NCBI GenBank assembly: GCA_964609965.1
Contig: CAZSTS010000001.1
Span: forward strand, 3,191 to 67,190
Direction: 5' to 3'
Source of the DNA: an uncultured Nitrospirales bacterium
Lineage (GTDB): Bacteria; UBA10199; JADGCS01
DNA: 64,000 nt
A model generated the notes under the pieces. That model saw only the letters and a program-made list of their open reading frames with translations. It ran no database searches and was not told the origin of the DNA. Shown here one piece after another: positions 9,078 to 19,806 of this stretch (its first letter is position 1; each line of letters opens with the position of its first letter). A program made the position numbers and the translations under genes.

Positions 9078-10340
9078 TTATTCAGTGTCTGTTTTTTCCT
9101 CAGCGCATGCAGAGGTTGTGTCTGAAGTCAGTGCTGTTGAAAAATCAATTGAGCTTGCAGTTGTTGTATCGATAATTTTCAAAATAAAATTATCATCATC
9201 ATTCAATTCAGCAACTGATGCCTTTCCAAAAGAAGTAACACATTCTGATAGAGGGACATATTTTGAAGAAACAATGCTGGAGCCAATTTCAACACAACGG
9301 TTTGCTGTAGGGCTGTCTTTGTGTGTTGCTACTTCTTCAGGGGTGTCAAAAAGGCCATCTCCGGCCCAGCGCTGTCCCCAAATATGAGTTCCGTTAGACT
9401 TGATTCGATAGATATAAGAATTTGGAGACTGATCACGAACCTGAATAACCTCAAATTCTTGTGTAGACTCAGTGAGGCTGCCTGCATAACCAGCTATGTT
9501 AATACCTTCGTCTTCTCCATTGCTCGAATAATAAGCCGGGGATCCTGTTCCAAAAAAGATAAAATGATCATTTGCCGTGTCTTTTACACCGCCATAAAGC
9601 CAGTCAGAATTCAGTGAGACAAAGTATTGAGTGTTTGCAGAATCACCGTCATTGATAGTCCACCACATACCTCCACCATCAGTATCTGAGCTTTTTTGAT
9701 AGCCAGAGAAATTTACAATTTGTGGAATGTCCCATGAAGTGTACCAAGGTATGGCAGAAGAGATGTCAACATCTGTGCCTTCAACAGAATAACATGTATC
9801 CATGTTTTCAATATCGGCAATCATTGAGTCAAAACGACAGGGATCTATTCCAAAGTTAACATAGCGGCCTGAAGAGTCAGTCGAACATGAATCTGGGTCA
9901 TCTAAAACTGTAGGGATGATGTAATCAGAGCCTTCGCTGCCGCTTGAGCAATCAGTACATGTAAAACAAGTGCCTGCTGTGAAAAGATCATCAGTGCATT
10001 CGTCATTGTAATCTATGCCCCAAAGGCGTGACAGAATTTCCCCAGCCATGGAGTCTGCTCCATTTGCTTCTGTTAAATAAGGACAATCAGTGTAATCTTC
10101 ATCACATGTGCCAGCTAGAGAAAAAAGAGTAGATAAACTTGCACTGATACTTAGGTTTACACCACCTGTTTTTAGGCCTGCAGGAACTTGATTGCTGAAT
10201 GTCTCGCCAAAAACCGCGTATGTGGTTGCTTCCACTGTAGTTGTCCCTGAACCAGGAGAGTTTGAGTCAGTTGATGAGCCGCAGCCTGAAATGAAAAAAA
10301 TGCACACCAACGTCACTAATAAAGATAATTTATTTTTCAT
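9078..10340 (-). CDS. Cys-rich lipoprotein, hypothetical
   Basis: Lipobox LVCIFFISGCGSS. No other recognised domain. Confidence 0.6.
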   Translation of the reverse strand: MKNKLSLLVTLVCIFFISGCGSSTDSNSPGSGTTTVEATTYAVFGETFSNQVPAGLKTGGVNLSISASLSTLFSLAGTCDEDYTDCPYLTEANGADSMAGEILSRLWGIDYNDECTDDLFTAGTCFTCTDCSSGSEGSDYIIPTVLDDPDSCSTDSSGRYVNFGIDPCRFDSMIADIENMDTCYSVEGTDVDISSAIPWYTSWDIPQIVNFSGYQKSSDTDGGGMWWTINDGDSANTQYFVSLNSDWLYGGVKDTANDHFIFFGTGSPAYYSSNGEDEGINIAGYAGSLTESTQEFEVIQVRDQSPNSYIYRIKSNGTHIWGQRWAGDGLFDTPEEVATHKDSPTANRCVEIGSSIVSSKYVPLSECVTSFGKASVAELNDDDNFILKIIDTTTASSIDFSTALTSDTTSACAEEKTDTE

Positions 10341-10438
10341 GTTTTCCCCCTAAAATTGATAATATTCAGTAGTATACACTTAAAGTTTAGGAGTATCAAC
10401 TTGTGAGTAAGATTTGAAGATAGAAATGTAAAGAATTA

Positions 10439-12007
10439 CTAATTAATGTCAGTCAAAGTCACTGGCAAGATAATGCCAGAATCAATGATCGCATCAATAT
10501 AACCATCACCATCAACATCAGAAGTGATCAAAAGATCGTTTATCACTTCAGTATTGGGATTTGTGTCAACAACGCCATCTCCATCAGTATCATAAGAGAA
10601 TGTTCCAAAATGTGGATCACTACTTAAATAACTACATTCAACCTGAGGTGAGTAGGTGATTTTTGATTGGGTAGGTGTAAAAAGACCATTAACGCCTTCT
10701 TGGATTTCTTGGTATTGAACAAGATCTACAAGGGTACGACTGTTTCCTGGAAGCGACCAGTTACAGATAAAACCACTAGCTGTGTTGTCATATGTTCCCA
10801 GGGCAGCATCTGCAGAAAAACCAAAATAAGCATCACCTACAAGCAGGTTATTTACATCGAGTTCGAGGCTAATATTTAAAGCACGCATAAAACCATCTGA
10901 CTGTCCTGCCTGCCATGAGTAGGAATAGAATCCGACAAAGGTTTCAAAATCAAAGTCAGACTGGAAGTTAATCCTGTTTGATGTCCAACCAGTGGGATTT
11001 GTTGTGGCATCAAATGTGTCTGTGGGATCAAGCAGGCCGTCAACAAAAGGATCAACATTTAAACCACAATACATGGCACTTTCTGCCCTGAATTTGAGAT
11101 TATCTGATTCTCCCATATTGTAGAGAACAGAAGTAGCATTTGTTGTTTCTGTAGGACACAGTCCTGCTTGTTCATCTGGTAAACTGAATGACAAGTGGCC
11201 AATGTAGGTGTCATTATCTGCATCCATAGGTTCATGTTGCATGTTTATAGAAATAGGGATTGCTGTGGTTTCGCCAGTCTCTGTATGATTCAGAACTAGT
11301 GAGTATGTATATACAGTATTTCCTGTTACTGAATCAGTCGAAACAGTGATGCTAGCGCTAGTGATAGTCGTTGCTGTGATGCTATTTTGAGTGAGCATGT
11401 CTGTCATTTCGTCTGTGAGATCAAGGGGAGTATCATTTGCTGCAAAGGAAAGTGAGTTAACATTCATTGTGCAAATAGTGCTGGCCAGGACTTTTTGAAT
11501 AATAAGGTTTTTGATTGAAAAGCCATCCAAGCGGGCATTAAGTTGGGCAGCTGCACAGGCTTCGTTTGTGACTGGATCTATTGCCATCCAAATTCCAGCA
11601 TCACCAGAACCAGCAATACCACTGGAATTATCACCATTAGGGTGGTTCTCGTAGGCAAAGGCAGGTCCATAACAGTCTGCATTAACGATTTCATCCGCCA
11701 GTGAATCTAGATCGCCAAAACTGCAGTCAGTGATGGTTGTTCCTTCTAAGATGGTGTTTACTTCATTGTTGTAACTGGGAATAGCTGCGGTGTACATGAC
11801 AGAGCTATCTTCAGTAGTGGCATTGAGGCTTGTAATGGCAGTGGGTGAAGCTTCGAGAGGTGACGCTATAGCCAAATTTACAGGGTAGGCTGATGATGTG
11901 GTTGGAGGGTTGCCCACTCTTGTTCCCGCATCTCCGCATGAGCAAATAATCAATAATGTGATGATAAGAAAACTCAATGAGGTGAGATGTTGTATGCCCT
12001 GTTTCAT
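10439..12007 (-). CDS. Lipoprotein with C-terminal DxDGDG calcium-binding-type repeats
   Basis: Lipobox IICSCGDAG. Repeats DTDGDGVVD / DVDGDGYID near the C-terminus. Confidence 0.6.
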   Translation of the reverse strand: MKQGIQHLTSLSFLIITLLIICSCGDAGTRVGNPPTTSSAYPVNLAIASPLEASPTAITSLNATTEDSSVMYTAAIPSYNNEVNTILEGTTITDCSFGDLDSLADEIVNADCYGPAFAYENHPNGDNSSGIAGSGDAGIWMAIDPVTNEACAAAQLNARLDGFSIKNLIIQKVLASTICTMNVNSLSFAANDTPLDLTDEMTDMLTQNSITATTITSASITVSTDSVTGNTVYTYSLVLNHTETGETTAIPISINMQHEPMDADNDTYIGHLSFSLPDEQAGLCPTETTNATSVLYNMGESDNLKFRAESAMYCGLNVDPFVDGLLDPTDTFDATTNPTGWTSNRINFQSDFDFETFVGFYSYSWQAGQSDGFMRALNISLELDVNNLLVGDAYFGFSADAALGTYDNTASGFICNWSLPGNSRTLVDLVQYQEIQEGVNGLFTPTQSKITYSPQVECSYLSSDPHFGTFSYDTDGDGVVDTNPNTEVINDLLITSDVDGDGYIDAIIDSGIILPVTLTDIN

Positions 12008-12949
12008 TTATTTATTTTTCTTCTTTTTGATTAACGGATTATTTGTGACAGGGAAAAGCTGCACATTTAATTGATAAACATTGTCGTAGTGTATGTTCTC
12101 GGCATTAACGAGGTCTAGGATTTCATTTTGAAAAGAATCTATTCTTTTTGAAATCTCTTTTTCAAGATAAGTAGGGATAGGAATAGTGAGTGCTGTAAAA
12201 TTACGTTTTTCTTGTTCAAGATGTCCTAGATAACGTCTGGCTTTATTCAAGACTGCTTCATGAAAACTAAAGGCCTCTATTTCTGTAGCACTTTGGCCTG
12301 TGTCTACAATGGGATCAGATTGCACAAGGTTATTGTTTTCATCGCGCTTGAGCATTCTGAGTTCTAATAATGTCTCAATAGCTTCTCTAGCTTCAGTAGG
12401 GGAGATGCGTGGTAAGCATTTTGCTGCAATCCACTTGGCGTCTTCCTTAAAATCTTTTAAGAGAACCATTTCTCGAATAGCTGCATAGTAATCATTTGAT
12501 AAATACTTGGCCTGATGGTTCTTAATTTTTGAAAAGGTTACCCTTGGTCTGAGTTTGTTGAGTTCTTCAAAAAGGATCTTTTTTGTATCAGGATCTGTTG
12601 ATTGGTTAAACTTGACTAAGGTGATAAAAAAGTCCTTTTCGCGATTTTTAATATTTAGAGTTTCGCAAAACTTAGGAAGGGCTTTTTCAGTGAGTGTACG
12701 TTCGCCATCAATAATCATCTTTAAAAAACTAGGGGATCCAAAACCTGCCTGTTCAGCAAAGGTTCTCATGGTAAAGTTTTTGTTTAGCTCTTTGAGTTCA
12801 TGCACGAGATCCTTGAGATAGGTTCTAAAATCAGAATATTGAAAAATATTGATTCTTGGTTTTGTTCGTTTTCTTGGCATGTCGCTTTTATTATAACTCT
12901 TTGTGTACGTTACGTCAATTGAGCAATCTATAACCCGCTGATATAACAC
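12008..12949 (-). CDS. TIGR02147-like hypothetical protein (family expanded in Bdellovibrio/Fibrobacter); start uncertain (internal Met MPRKRTK)
   Basis: Basic N-terminus with an HTH-like segment. Family assignment is by resemblance only. Confidence 0.5.
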   Translation of the reverse strand: MLYQRVIDCSIDVTYTKSYNKSDMPRKRTKPRINIFQYSDFRTYLKDLVHELKELNKNFTMRTFAEQAGFGSPSFLKMIIDGERTLTEKALPKFCETLNIKNREKDFFITLVKFNQSTDPDTKKILFEELNKLRPRVTFSKIKNHQAKYLSNDYYAAIREMVLLKDFKEDAKWIAAKCLPRISPTEAREAIETLLELRMLKRDENNNLVQSDPIVDTGQSATEIEAFSFHEAVLNKARRYLGHLEQEKRNFTALTIPIPTYLEKEISKRIDSFQNEILDLVNAENIHYDNVYQLNVQLFPVTNNPLIKKKKNK

Positions 12950-13060
12950 GTTAAATACGTGTTTGTCGCATAATGTACAAATTATAAAATGCTATTTATA
13001 TGTGGACAACCCTGTGTGTTTTTTTAGTACAGAGGAAAGAGGAAAGCAATGGGATATTGT

Positions 13061-13133
13061 GTCTAACGTCTAGTGTTTAGCGTCTGGCGTAAATAGCGTT
13101 CGCTAGACTCTAGACTCAGGACGCTAGACGTGA
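13061..13133. repeat. Degenerate word repeats (CTAACGTCTAG / GCGTCTGGCG / CTAGACTCTAGACTCAGGACGCTAGACG)
   Basis: Direct reading of the divergent intergenic region. Confidence 0.5.
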
Positions 13134-13171
13134 TTGATGACCAAAACGTCAAAATATGATACAATAATCCT

Positions 13172-13795
13172 ATGAGCCTTAGAGATAGACTTCTCATAGT
13201 CATTGCAATGCTGCTATTTTGCGTGGGCACCTATATGGGTTCACAAAAGCTTGTCATGTCGTATTTAAGCCTTTCTGAAGTCAGTCTTCTTTTGCCAGGT
13301 GAAGAGCAGATTCCTTTTATGCCGATGACTATCTTCATCTATATCATTCAATGGGTTCTCCCAATTTCTGTGTTCATGATGATCACGAAAAAACAACGAA
13401 TCATGAAAATCCTTGTGGCATTTCTTATCACTATTCTCATTCATAATATGTTTTTTCTCATTTTTCCTGTTGAATACAGCCTCAGACCGGTTTTCTCAAT
13501 GGACTCTACAATAGCTGTATTGGTTGGTTATCTGTATCAGATGGATGCTCCCATCAATACCTTTCCCTCCATGCACGTGTCCTTTGTGTTTCTCATTTAC
13601 TTTATAATTAAGCGCTATCGCCCCCAATTTAAGTGGACATTTTTGTTTTTGGCTGTTGCCATTTCCATTTCAACGGTTTTGGTTAAGCAACACTATATCT
13701 TAGATGTTGGGGCGGGATTTATCCTCGCTTACCTTGTCAATTATGTATGGATTTCAAGAAAGTATGAGGCTTTTGATAAATTCATAGAACCCTAA
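13172..13795 (+). CDS. PAP2-like membrane phosphatase (putative)
   Basis: Multi-TM protein with a PSMH (PSGH-like) motif and H-x3-D (HYILD) near the C-terminus. Confidence 0.5.
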   Translation: MSLRDRLLIVIAMLLFCVGTYMGSQKLVMSYLSLSEVSLLLPGEEQIPFMPMTIFIYIIQWVLPISVFMMITKKQRIMKILVAFLITILIHNMFFLIFPVEYSLRPVFSMDSTIAVLVGYLYQMDAPINTFPSMHVSFVFLIYFIIKRYRPQFKWTFLFLAVAISISTVLVKQHYILDVGAGFILAYLVNYVWISRKYEAFDKFIEP

Positions 13796-13865
13796 GATTC
13801 CCCTAAAATCTCTATTGCCAAACGCCCTTCAATTCACTAAATATTCTGCCACGAATGCGTCTATC

Positions 13866-13978
13866 GGCTACGGTTACGAAGCCCGTATCGTTTAGCGGTT
13901 TGGGTTACGTCAATATTTCATCACGTAACCATTACCGATTGACGAAACGGGCTTCGTAACCATTACCGACAGACGATG
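13866..13978. repeat. MITE/REP-like palindromic intergenic element (CGTAACC/GAAGCCCGT words); related inverted copy at 26996-27105
   Basis: Internal inverted arms ggttacgaagcccgtatcg / cgaaacgggcttcgtaacc. Bases 13882-13911 match the reverse complement of 27061-27090 at 29/30. Confidence 0.65.
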
Positions 13979-13991
13979 CTAGGAGATACCC

Positions 13992-14849
13992 TTGACCACA
14001 ATACTTGATGGAAAACTAGTTGCTGCAAAGCTTAAAGAAGAACTCACTGCTGAGGTGAAAACCTTTACCGAGAGCACAAGCATTGTCCCAGGTTTGGCCA
14101 CTGTTCTTGTTGGAGAAAACCCAGCAAGTCAGATTTACGTTAAAAATAAGATCAAAACAGCGCAAAAATGCGGGATTAAATCCACCCATCATCAAATTGA
14201 CGAAACTATATCCGAAGAAGATCTTCTCAGCCTCGTTGATTCTTTAAACAAAGATAAAAATGTTCATGGTATCCTGGTCCAGTTGCCACTCCCATCACAT
14301 ATCAGTGAAGAAAAAATCATCAACGCTATCAATTCAAAAAAGGATGTTGATGGTTTTCACCCTGAAAATATGGGTCGGTTATTGGCAGGTTATGATGCTC
14401 TTATGCCTTGTACACCCAGTGGTGTGATGGAGATTTTTAAACATTACAAGATAGAGTTAAAGGGAAAAGATGTTCTCATTATAGGTCGCTCAAATATTGT
14501 AGGAAAACCACAGGCTATTATGATTCTCAAAGAGCATGCTACTGTTACCTTAGCTCATTCTCGAACTATTGATCTTTCTGCTAAGGCAAAGGCAGCGGAC
14601 ATAATCATCGCTGCTGTAGGAAAAGCAAAAATGGTTAAAAAAGATTGGGTAAAAGAGGGCGCTGTTGTTGTCGATGTGGGAATGAACCGTGATGAGAATG
14701 GCAAACTTTGTGGTGATGTTGATTTTGAAGGGGTGAAAGAAAAAGCGGCTTTTATCACACCTGTACCTGGTGGTGTAGGGCCAATGACGATTACAATGTT
14801 GATGAAGAATACTTTGAAAGCGGCAAGGCAGCTATTAAATGAAAAGTGA
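13992..14849 (+). CDS. folD: Bifunctional methylenetetrahydrofolate dehydrogenase/cyclohydrolase FolD (TTG start)
   Basis: VGENPASQIYVKNK, GRSNIVGKPQ and PVPGGVGPMT. SD aggagat 6 nt upstream of the TTG. Confidence 0.9.
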   Translation: MTTILDGKLVAAKLKEELTAEVKTFTESTSIVPGLATVLVGENPASQIYVKNKIKTAQKCGIKSTHHQIDETISEEDLLSLVDSLNKDKNVHGILVQLPLPSHISEEKIINAINSKKDVDGFHPENMGRLLAGYDALMPCTPSGVMEIFKHYKIELKGKDVLIIGRSNIVGKPQAIMILKEHATVTLAHSRTIDLSAKAKAADIIIAAVGKAKMVKKDWVKEGAVVVDVGMNRDENGKLCGDVDFEGVKEKAAFITPVPGGVGPMTITMLMKNTLKAARQLLNEK

Positions 14850-14910
14850 AAAATCCTTCGACCTGGCTCAGGACAAGGTACATAAATGAACAATGAAAAG
14901 AGAGTTCTAG

Positions 14911-16002
14911 ATGTCGAAATTAAGAAAAACACCGTTGTACGAAGAGCACAAAAAACTCAAAGCCCGTCTTGTTCCTTTTGCAGGCTGGGAAATGCCAGTG
15001 CAATATTCAGGTGTGATTCAAGAACATGAAGCAGTACGAACTAAGGTTGGTGTTTTTGATGTGAGCCACATGGGAGAGTTTTTTATTTCGGGTAAGAGAG
15101 CCGAAGAATATCTCAATCGTGTGACAACGAATAATGTCACAAAGCTCGAGGATGGCACTTGTCAGTACACATTGCTATGTTACGAAAATGGCACAGTGGT
15201 TGATGATCTCATCTTAAGCCGTGTCTCTCCAACAGAGTACATTGCTGTTGTTAATGCCGCAAATTTGCAAAAAGATCTCAAGTGGTTGATGGACCAAAAC
15301 AAAGAGGGTGTTGAAATAATAGATAGATCTGATGAATTCGCCATGTTGGCAATCCAAGGCCCCAATAGCGAAAAGTTGGTTAGTAAAATTTATAACTCAG
15401 ATTTTTCCTCCCTCAAATATTATAATTTTTCACAACCTGAATACCATGGCGCGCCTTCCTATGTGATGAGAACAGGCTACACTGGTGAATCAGGATTTGA
15501 AGTCATGGTGCCAGTGAGTAAAGCGTGTGAACTGTGGCAGGATGTGATGACGCTTGGCCAAGAATTTGGCATTCAACCAGTTGGTTTAGGGGCAAGAGAT
15601 ACATTGCGCTTAGAAGTGGCGTATAGTCTTTACGGTCACGAGATCAGTGATCAGATTTGTCCTCTCGAAGCAAGTCTCGGTTGGGTTATTAAACTTAAAA
15701 AAGGTGATTTTATTGGGAGAGAGGCTTTACAAAAAGTAAAAGACGAGGGTTTAAAAAGAAAAGTTGTGGGTTTTGAATTGACTGAACCTGGAATAGGTCG
15801 AGATGGTTGTGATGTTTATGTTGGTGATCAAAAAATTGGTTATGTGACAAGTGGAACTTTTTCTCCCTCACTCAAAAAATCAATTGGATTGGCTTTGATC
15901 GATATTTCTCATGTAGAGATCGATAAAGAAATAGAGCTCGACATTCGAGGTCGTCGTAAAAAAGCCATTATTGTAAAGACACCGTTTTATAAGAAAATGT
16001 AA
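14911..16002 (+). CDS. gcvT: Glycine cleavage system aminomethyltransferase T
   Basis: GcvT family features ([12 protein letters not shown]), operon with gcvH/P. Confidence 0.9.
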   Translation: MSKLRKTPLYEEHKKLKARLVPFAGWEMPVQYSGVIQEHEAVRTKVGVFDVSHMGEFFISGKRAEEYLNRVTTNNVTKLEDGTCQYTLLCYENGTVVDDLILSRVSPTEYIAVVNAANLQKDLKWLMDQNKEGVEIIDRSDEFAMLAIQGPNSEKLVSKIYNSDFSSLKYYNFSQPEYHGAPSYVMRTGYTGESGFEVMVPVSKACELWQDVMTLGQEFGIQPVGLGARDTLRLEVAYSLYGHEISDQICPLEASLGWVIKLKKGDFIGREALQKVKDEGLKRKVVGFELTEPGIGRDGCDVYVGDQKIGYVTSGTFSPSLKKSIGLALIDISHVEIDKEIELDIRGRRKKAIIVKTPFYKKM

Positions 16003-16011
16003 TTTAATAGT

Positions 16012-16046
16012 AGGGGCACGGCGCGCCGTGCCCTTACGAAATTTTA
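16012..16046 (+). terminator. GC-rich palindromic terminator-like hairpin (gggcacggcg/cgccgtgccc) - member of GTAGGGGCAC family
   Basis: Perfect 10-bp stem, then cttacgaaatttt. Confidence 0.55.
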
Positions 16047-16067
16047 AATATATTTAAGGAGAAACCA

Positions 16068-16457
16068 ATGGCAAATTACCCCAGTGAATTAAAGTACAGC
16101 AAAGAACATGAATGGTTAAAGACCGAGGGTGAGACAATCACTATTGGCATATCTGAATATGCTACAGAACAACTTGGTGACATTGTGCATGTAGAGCTCC
16201 CACAACCAGGTGACGAGTTTGGTGTTGGCGATGCTTTTTGTGTTGTGGAATCAGTTAAGTCTGTTTCAGATATTTACATGCCTGTTACAGGTAAGATTAC
16301 AGAGGTGAATGAACTCATTTCTGATAATCCAGGGATTATTAATGATGATTGTTACGGTGAAGGCTGGATTATTAAAGTGGCAACAGAAAACAAGTCAGAA
16401 CTCGAAAAACTCATGGCTTCTGATGCTTACGAAGCCTTTATTGCAGAAGAATCTTAA
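16068..16457 (+). CDS. gcvH: Glycine cleavage system H protein
   Basis: Lipoyl-lysine motif ESVKSVSD; 129 aa. Confidence 0.9.
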   Translation: MANYPSELKYSKEHEWLKTEGETITIGISEYATEQLGDIVHVELPQPGDEFGVGDAFCVVESVKSVSDIYMPVTGKITEVNELISDNPGIINDDCYGEGWIIKVATENKSELEKLMASDAYEAFIAEES

Positions 16458-16524
16458 TTGAGAGCTTTGAGCTTCGTGATTTGTGCTCATCACTCATCAC
16501 TCATGACTCATAGCTTCCCCCAAG

Positions 16525-17871
16525 ATGCGCTATATTCCTCATAGTTCAAAAGATATCGAAGAGATGTTAAAGACAATTGGTGTTGCGAGTGTGGATGATC
16601 TCTTTAAGGGTATTCCAGATGACCTTCGCTTAAAATCACAACTCGAATTACCAAAAGCCTTATCTGAATTAGAACTCAGAGATGAACTTAGAGAAATAGC
16701 TGATAGCAATATCAATCTCTCTGAAGGTTCAAATTTTATTGGGGCAGGAGCTTATCATCACTATGTTCCTGCTGTGATTTCTCAACTGATTCAAAGAGGT
16801 GAATTTCTCACTGCCTACACACCTTATCAAGCCGAGGTTTCACAAGGGACACTTCAGGCTATTTTTGAGTTTCAAACCATGATTTGTGAACTCACAGGCA
16901 TGGAAGTTGCCAATGCCAGTAACTATGATCTGTCCACGGCTTGTGCTGAGGCTTTGATCATGGCGAATAGGGTGAATAAAAAGAAAAAGGCCTTGGTCGC
17001 GCGAACTCTTCATCCCCATTACAGAGAAGTCATCAAAACATATTTTAAACATCAAGATTACGAAATTATCGAAATCCCACTCACTAAAGAAGGAAGGCTC
17101 GATACGGATTTTATAAAAGATAACCTAGATGATTCAGTGTCGGCAGTTTTAGTACAGTCACCCAATTTCTTTGGAGTCATTGAAGACTTGGCTCCTCTTG
17201 GGCAAATAATCGCAGAAAAACCAGCCTTGTTTGTTGTGGCCACAGCAGAACCATTATCCTACGCTGTTCTCACATCTCCTGCTGAAGTAGGTGCTGATAT
17301 TGCAATTGGCGAAGGCATGAGTTTTGGTGTAGGGTTAAATTACGGAGGCCCTTACTTAGGTCTTTTTGCAACTAAGAAAAAATACATTCGAAACATGCCA
17401 GGCAGATTAGTGGGACAAACAGAGGATCTTGATGGCAAACGAGGTTATGTTCTCACTTTTGCTACACGCGAACAACACATTAGGCGCGAAAAAGCCACTT
17501 CGAATATCTGCACAAATCAAGGTTTGTGTGCTTTGATGTGTGCTATTCATCTTTCGCTTCTAGGGCCAAAAGGTTTAGAAAAAATCGCGCTTATTAATAT
17601 GCAAAGGCTCCAACAACTAGAATCTATACTTAAAGAAGAAAGTGATAAGGCTGTTCTTTTTAGTGCGCCAAAATTCAATGAAACAGTGATAGAGCTTGCT
17701 GTGCCTGCTCGCGAGGCTGTTATCAAATTGCTCAAAGATCGTGTTTTGGCAGGCATTGATCTGTCCACCTATTATCCCGAGTTAGAAAGACATATACTCA
17801 TCTGTACTACTGAAATGAACCGCTCAATGGATGTAGAGATATTTGCTGAGAGAATCAGGAGGTTTTTATAA
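16525..17871 (+). CDS. gcvPA: Glycine dehydrogenase (decarboxylating) subunit 1
   Basis: Split GcvP N-terminal subunit, 448 aa. Confidence 0.88.
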   Translation: MRYIPHSSKDIEEMLKTIGVASVDDLFKGIPDDLRLKSQLELPKALSELELRDELREIADSNINLSEGSNFIGAGAYHHYVPAVISQLIQRGEFLTAYTPYQAEVSQGTLQAIFEFQTMICELTGMEVANASNYDLSTACAEALIMANRVNKKKKALVARTLHPHYREVIKTYFKHQDYEIIEIPLTKEGRLDTDFIKDNLDDSVSAVLVQSPNFFGVIEDLAPLGQIIAEKPALFVVATAEPLSYAVLTSPAEVGADIAIGEGMSFGVGLNYGGPYLGLFATKKKYIRNMPGRLVGQTEDLDGKRGYVLTFATREQHIRREKATSNICTNQGLCALMCAIHLSLLGPKGLEKIALINMQRLQQLESILKEESDKAVLFSAPKFNETVIELAVPAREAVIKLLKDRVLAGIDLSTYYPELERHILICTTEMNRSMDVEIFAERIRRFL

Positions 17872-17915
17872 AAACTGAAGAAAAAACAATTTATCAAAAA
17901 TCAAACCCTGGACGG

Positions 17916-19322
17916 ATGGGATATTCTTTTAAGACAGACGATGTTGAAGGAAAATCAATTAAAGATTTTTTGCCAGAGGAATTGCGTCGTCAAACTCCTG
18001 CAAAATTACCAGAACTTTCCGAACTCGATGTTGTGCGTCATTACACAAGATTGTCACAACTCAATTATTCCATTGATACGCATTTTTATCCCTTAGGTTC
18101 TTGCACTATGAAGTACAATCCTCGCATCAATGAGGAACTAGCTTTATTAGAGGGTTTTAGACTCGCGCATCCTATGCAGTACCAGTACACCATTCAGGGT
18201 AATTTACGTATCATGTATGGATTGGGTAAATTACTGAAAATAATTACAGGATTGGATTCCGTTACACTTCAACCTGCGGCAGGGGCTCATGGAGAACTTA
18301 CGGGTCTTTTTATGATCAGGGCTTGTTTGACTGCAAAGGGTAATCCAAGAAAGAAAGTTATTATTCCTGATTCAGCCCATGGCACAAATCCTTCATCAGC
18401 CAATCTCTGTGGTTATGAAGTTATCACTGTAAAGACGACTGAAGAAGGTTACATGACGCCAGAATCGGTGAAAAAAGTCATGGACAAAGATGTGGCCTGT
18501 CTCATGGTAACCAATCCTTCCACTCTTGGTGTTTTCGAAAAAAACATAAAAGCCATCACAGACATTGTTCATGATGAGGGTGGTTTTATTTATTGTGATG
18601 GGGCTAATCTCAATGCTGTTTTAGGACATGTGCGTATGGCAGATTTGGGTGTTGATTGTTTGCACATTAACCTGCACAAAACATTTTCAACACCACATGG
18701 TGGTGGCGGGCCTGGTTCTGGTCCTGTTGTTGTGACAAAAGAACTCGAGCCCTTTTTGCCCATACCAGTGATTGCCAGAAAGGATAACGGCCGTTACACA
18801 GCTTTGTTTAACAGACCTGAGTCTATTGGGCGTGTGAGGGCATTTTTTGGAAATTTTGCTATGCTCGTTCGTGCTTATGCCTATATTCGCGAGATGGGTG
18901 CAGAAGGACTCAAACAAGTGTCGGACATGGCTGTGCTCAATGCAAATTATATTAGAGCTCGTCTTAAAAACCATTATTCTTTGGCTTGCGAGGCTCCTTC
19001 AATGCATGAGGTGGTTTTTTCGGACAAATCCTTCAAAGCCACAGGGATTAAAACACTCGATCTTGCCAAAAGATTGCTCGATCTTGGTGTGCACGCGCCA
19101 ACAGTTTATTTTCCCATCATTGTTTCTGGTGCTATTATGATCGAGCCCACAGAGACTGAATCCAAAGACACGCTCGATAGTTTCTGCGACACGATGATTC
19201 AGGTTCAAAAAGAAATAACAGAGAATCCTCAGGTTCTCAAAGATTCACCTCAGTTTACATATCGTAAACGACTTGATGAGGTGAAGGCTGTGAGAGAACC
19301 AAAACTAAGGGAGGAATTCTAA
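17916..19322 (+). CDS. gcvPB: Glycine dehydrogenase (decarboxylating) subunit 2
   Basis: PLP-lysine region NLHKTFSTPHGGGGPG. Confidence 0.88.
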   Translation: MGYSFKTDDVEGKSIKDFLPEELRRQTPAKLPELSELDVVRHYTRLSQLNYSIDTHFYPLGSCTMKYNPRINEELALLEGFRLAHPMQYQYTIQGNLRIMYGLGKLLKIITGLDSVTLQPAAGAHGELTGLFMIRACLTAKGNPRKKVIIPDSAHGTNPSSANLCGYEVITVKTTEEGYMTPESVKKVMDKDVACLMVTNPSTLGVFEKNIKAITDIVHDEGGFIYCDGANLNAVLGHVRMADLGVDCLHINLHKTFSTPHGGGGPGSGPVVVTKELEPFLPIPVIARKDNGRYTALFNRPESIGRVRAFFGNFAMLVRAYAYIREMGAEGLKQVSDMAVLNANYIRARLKNHYSLACEAPSMHEVVFSDKSFKATGIKTLDLAKRLLDLGVHAPTVYFPIIVSGAIMIEPTETESKDTLDSFCDTMIQVQKEITENPQVLKDSPQFTYRKRLDEVKAVREPKLREEF

Positions 19323-19325
19323 AAA

Positions 19326-19805
19326 ATGAAGAATCAAAATCAAAAACCAGTTTCTTTATCTAAAACCGAAAACCATCACATGGTATTGCCAGAACACACG
19401 AATCCCATGGGCAATCTCTTTGGGGGGACGCTCATGTCTTGGATTGATGAGACCGCAAGCATTGCTTCCTTTCGCCATTGTCGCACCCTTGTTGTGACTG
19501 CTTCTATGGATAGTCTTTCTTTTATCACGCCTGTTAAATTAGGCGAGTTGGTCACTCTTAAGTCATCGGTGAATTATACAAGTAATCGATCCATTGAAGT
19601 AGGCGTGAAAGTGTTTGCCGAAAATCCTATCAAGGGCGAAGAACGGCATGTAGCCAGCGCCTATCTCACATTCGTCTCTCTAGACAAAAAGGGCAAAGCT
19701 CAACCTGTTCCTCCTGTTTTTCCTGAAACGCTTGAAGAAAAAAAGAGATATGAAGCAGGGAGACAAAGGCGTGAGGAGAGGTTAGTGAAGAGGAAAGGGA
19801 AATAG
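19326..19805 (+). CDS. Acyl-CoA thioesterase (hotdog fold, YciA-like)
   Basis: HMVLPEHTNPMGNLFGGTLMSWIDE motif. Confidence 0.75.
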   Translation: MKNQNQKPVSLSKTENHHMVLPEHTNPMGNLFGGTLMSWIDETASIASFRHCRTLVVTASMDSLSFITPVKLGELVTLKSSVNYTSNRSIEVGVKVFAENPIKGEERHVASAYLTFVSLDKKGKAQPVPPVFPETLEEKKRYEAGRQRREERLVKRKGK

Positions 19806-19806
19806 A

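Noticed and set aside
14555-14932. 125-aa minus-strand ORF overlapping folD/gcvT
   Set aside because: Antisense to two conserved genes. Low-complexity translation.
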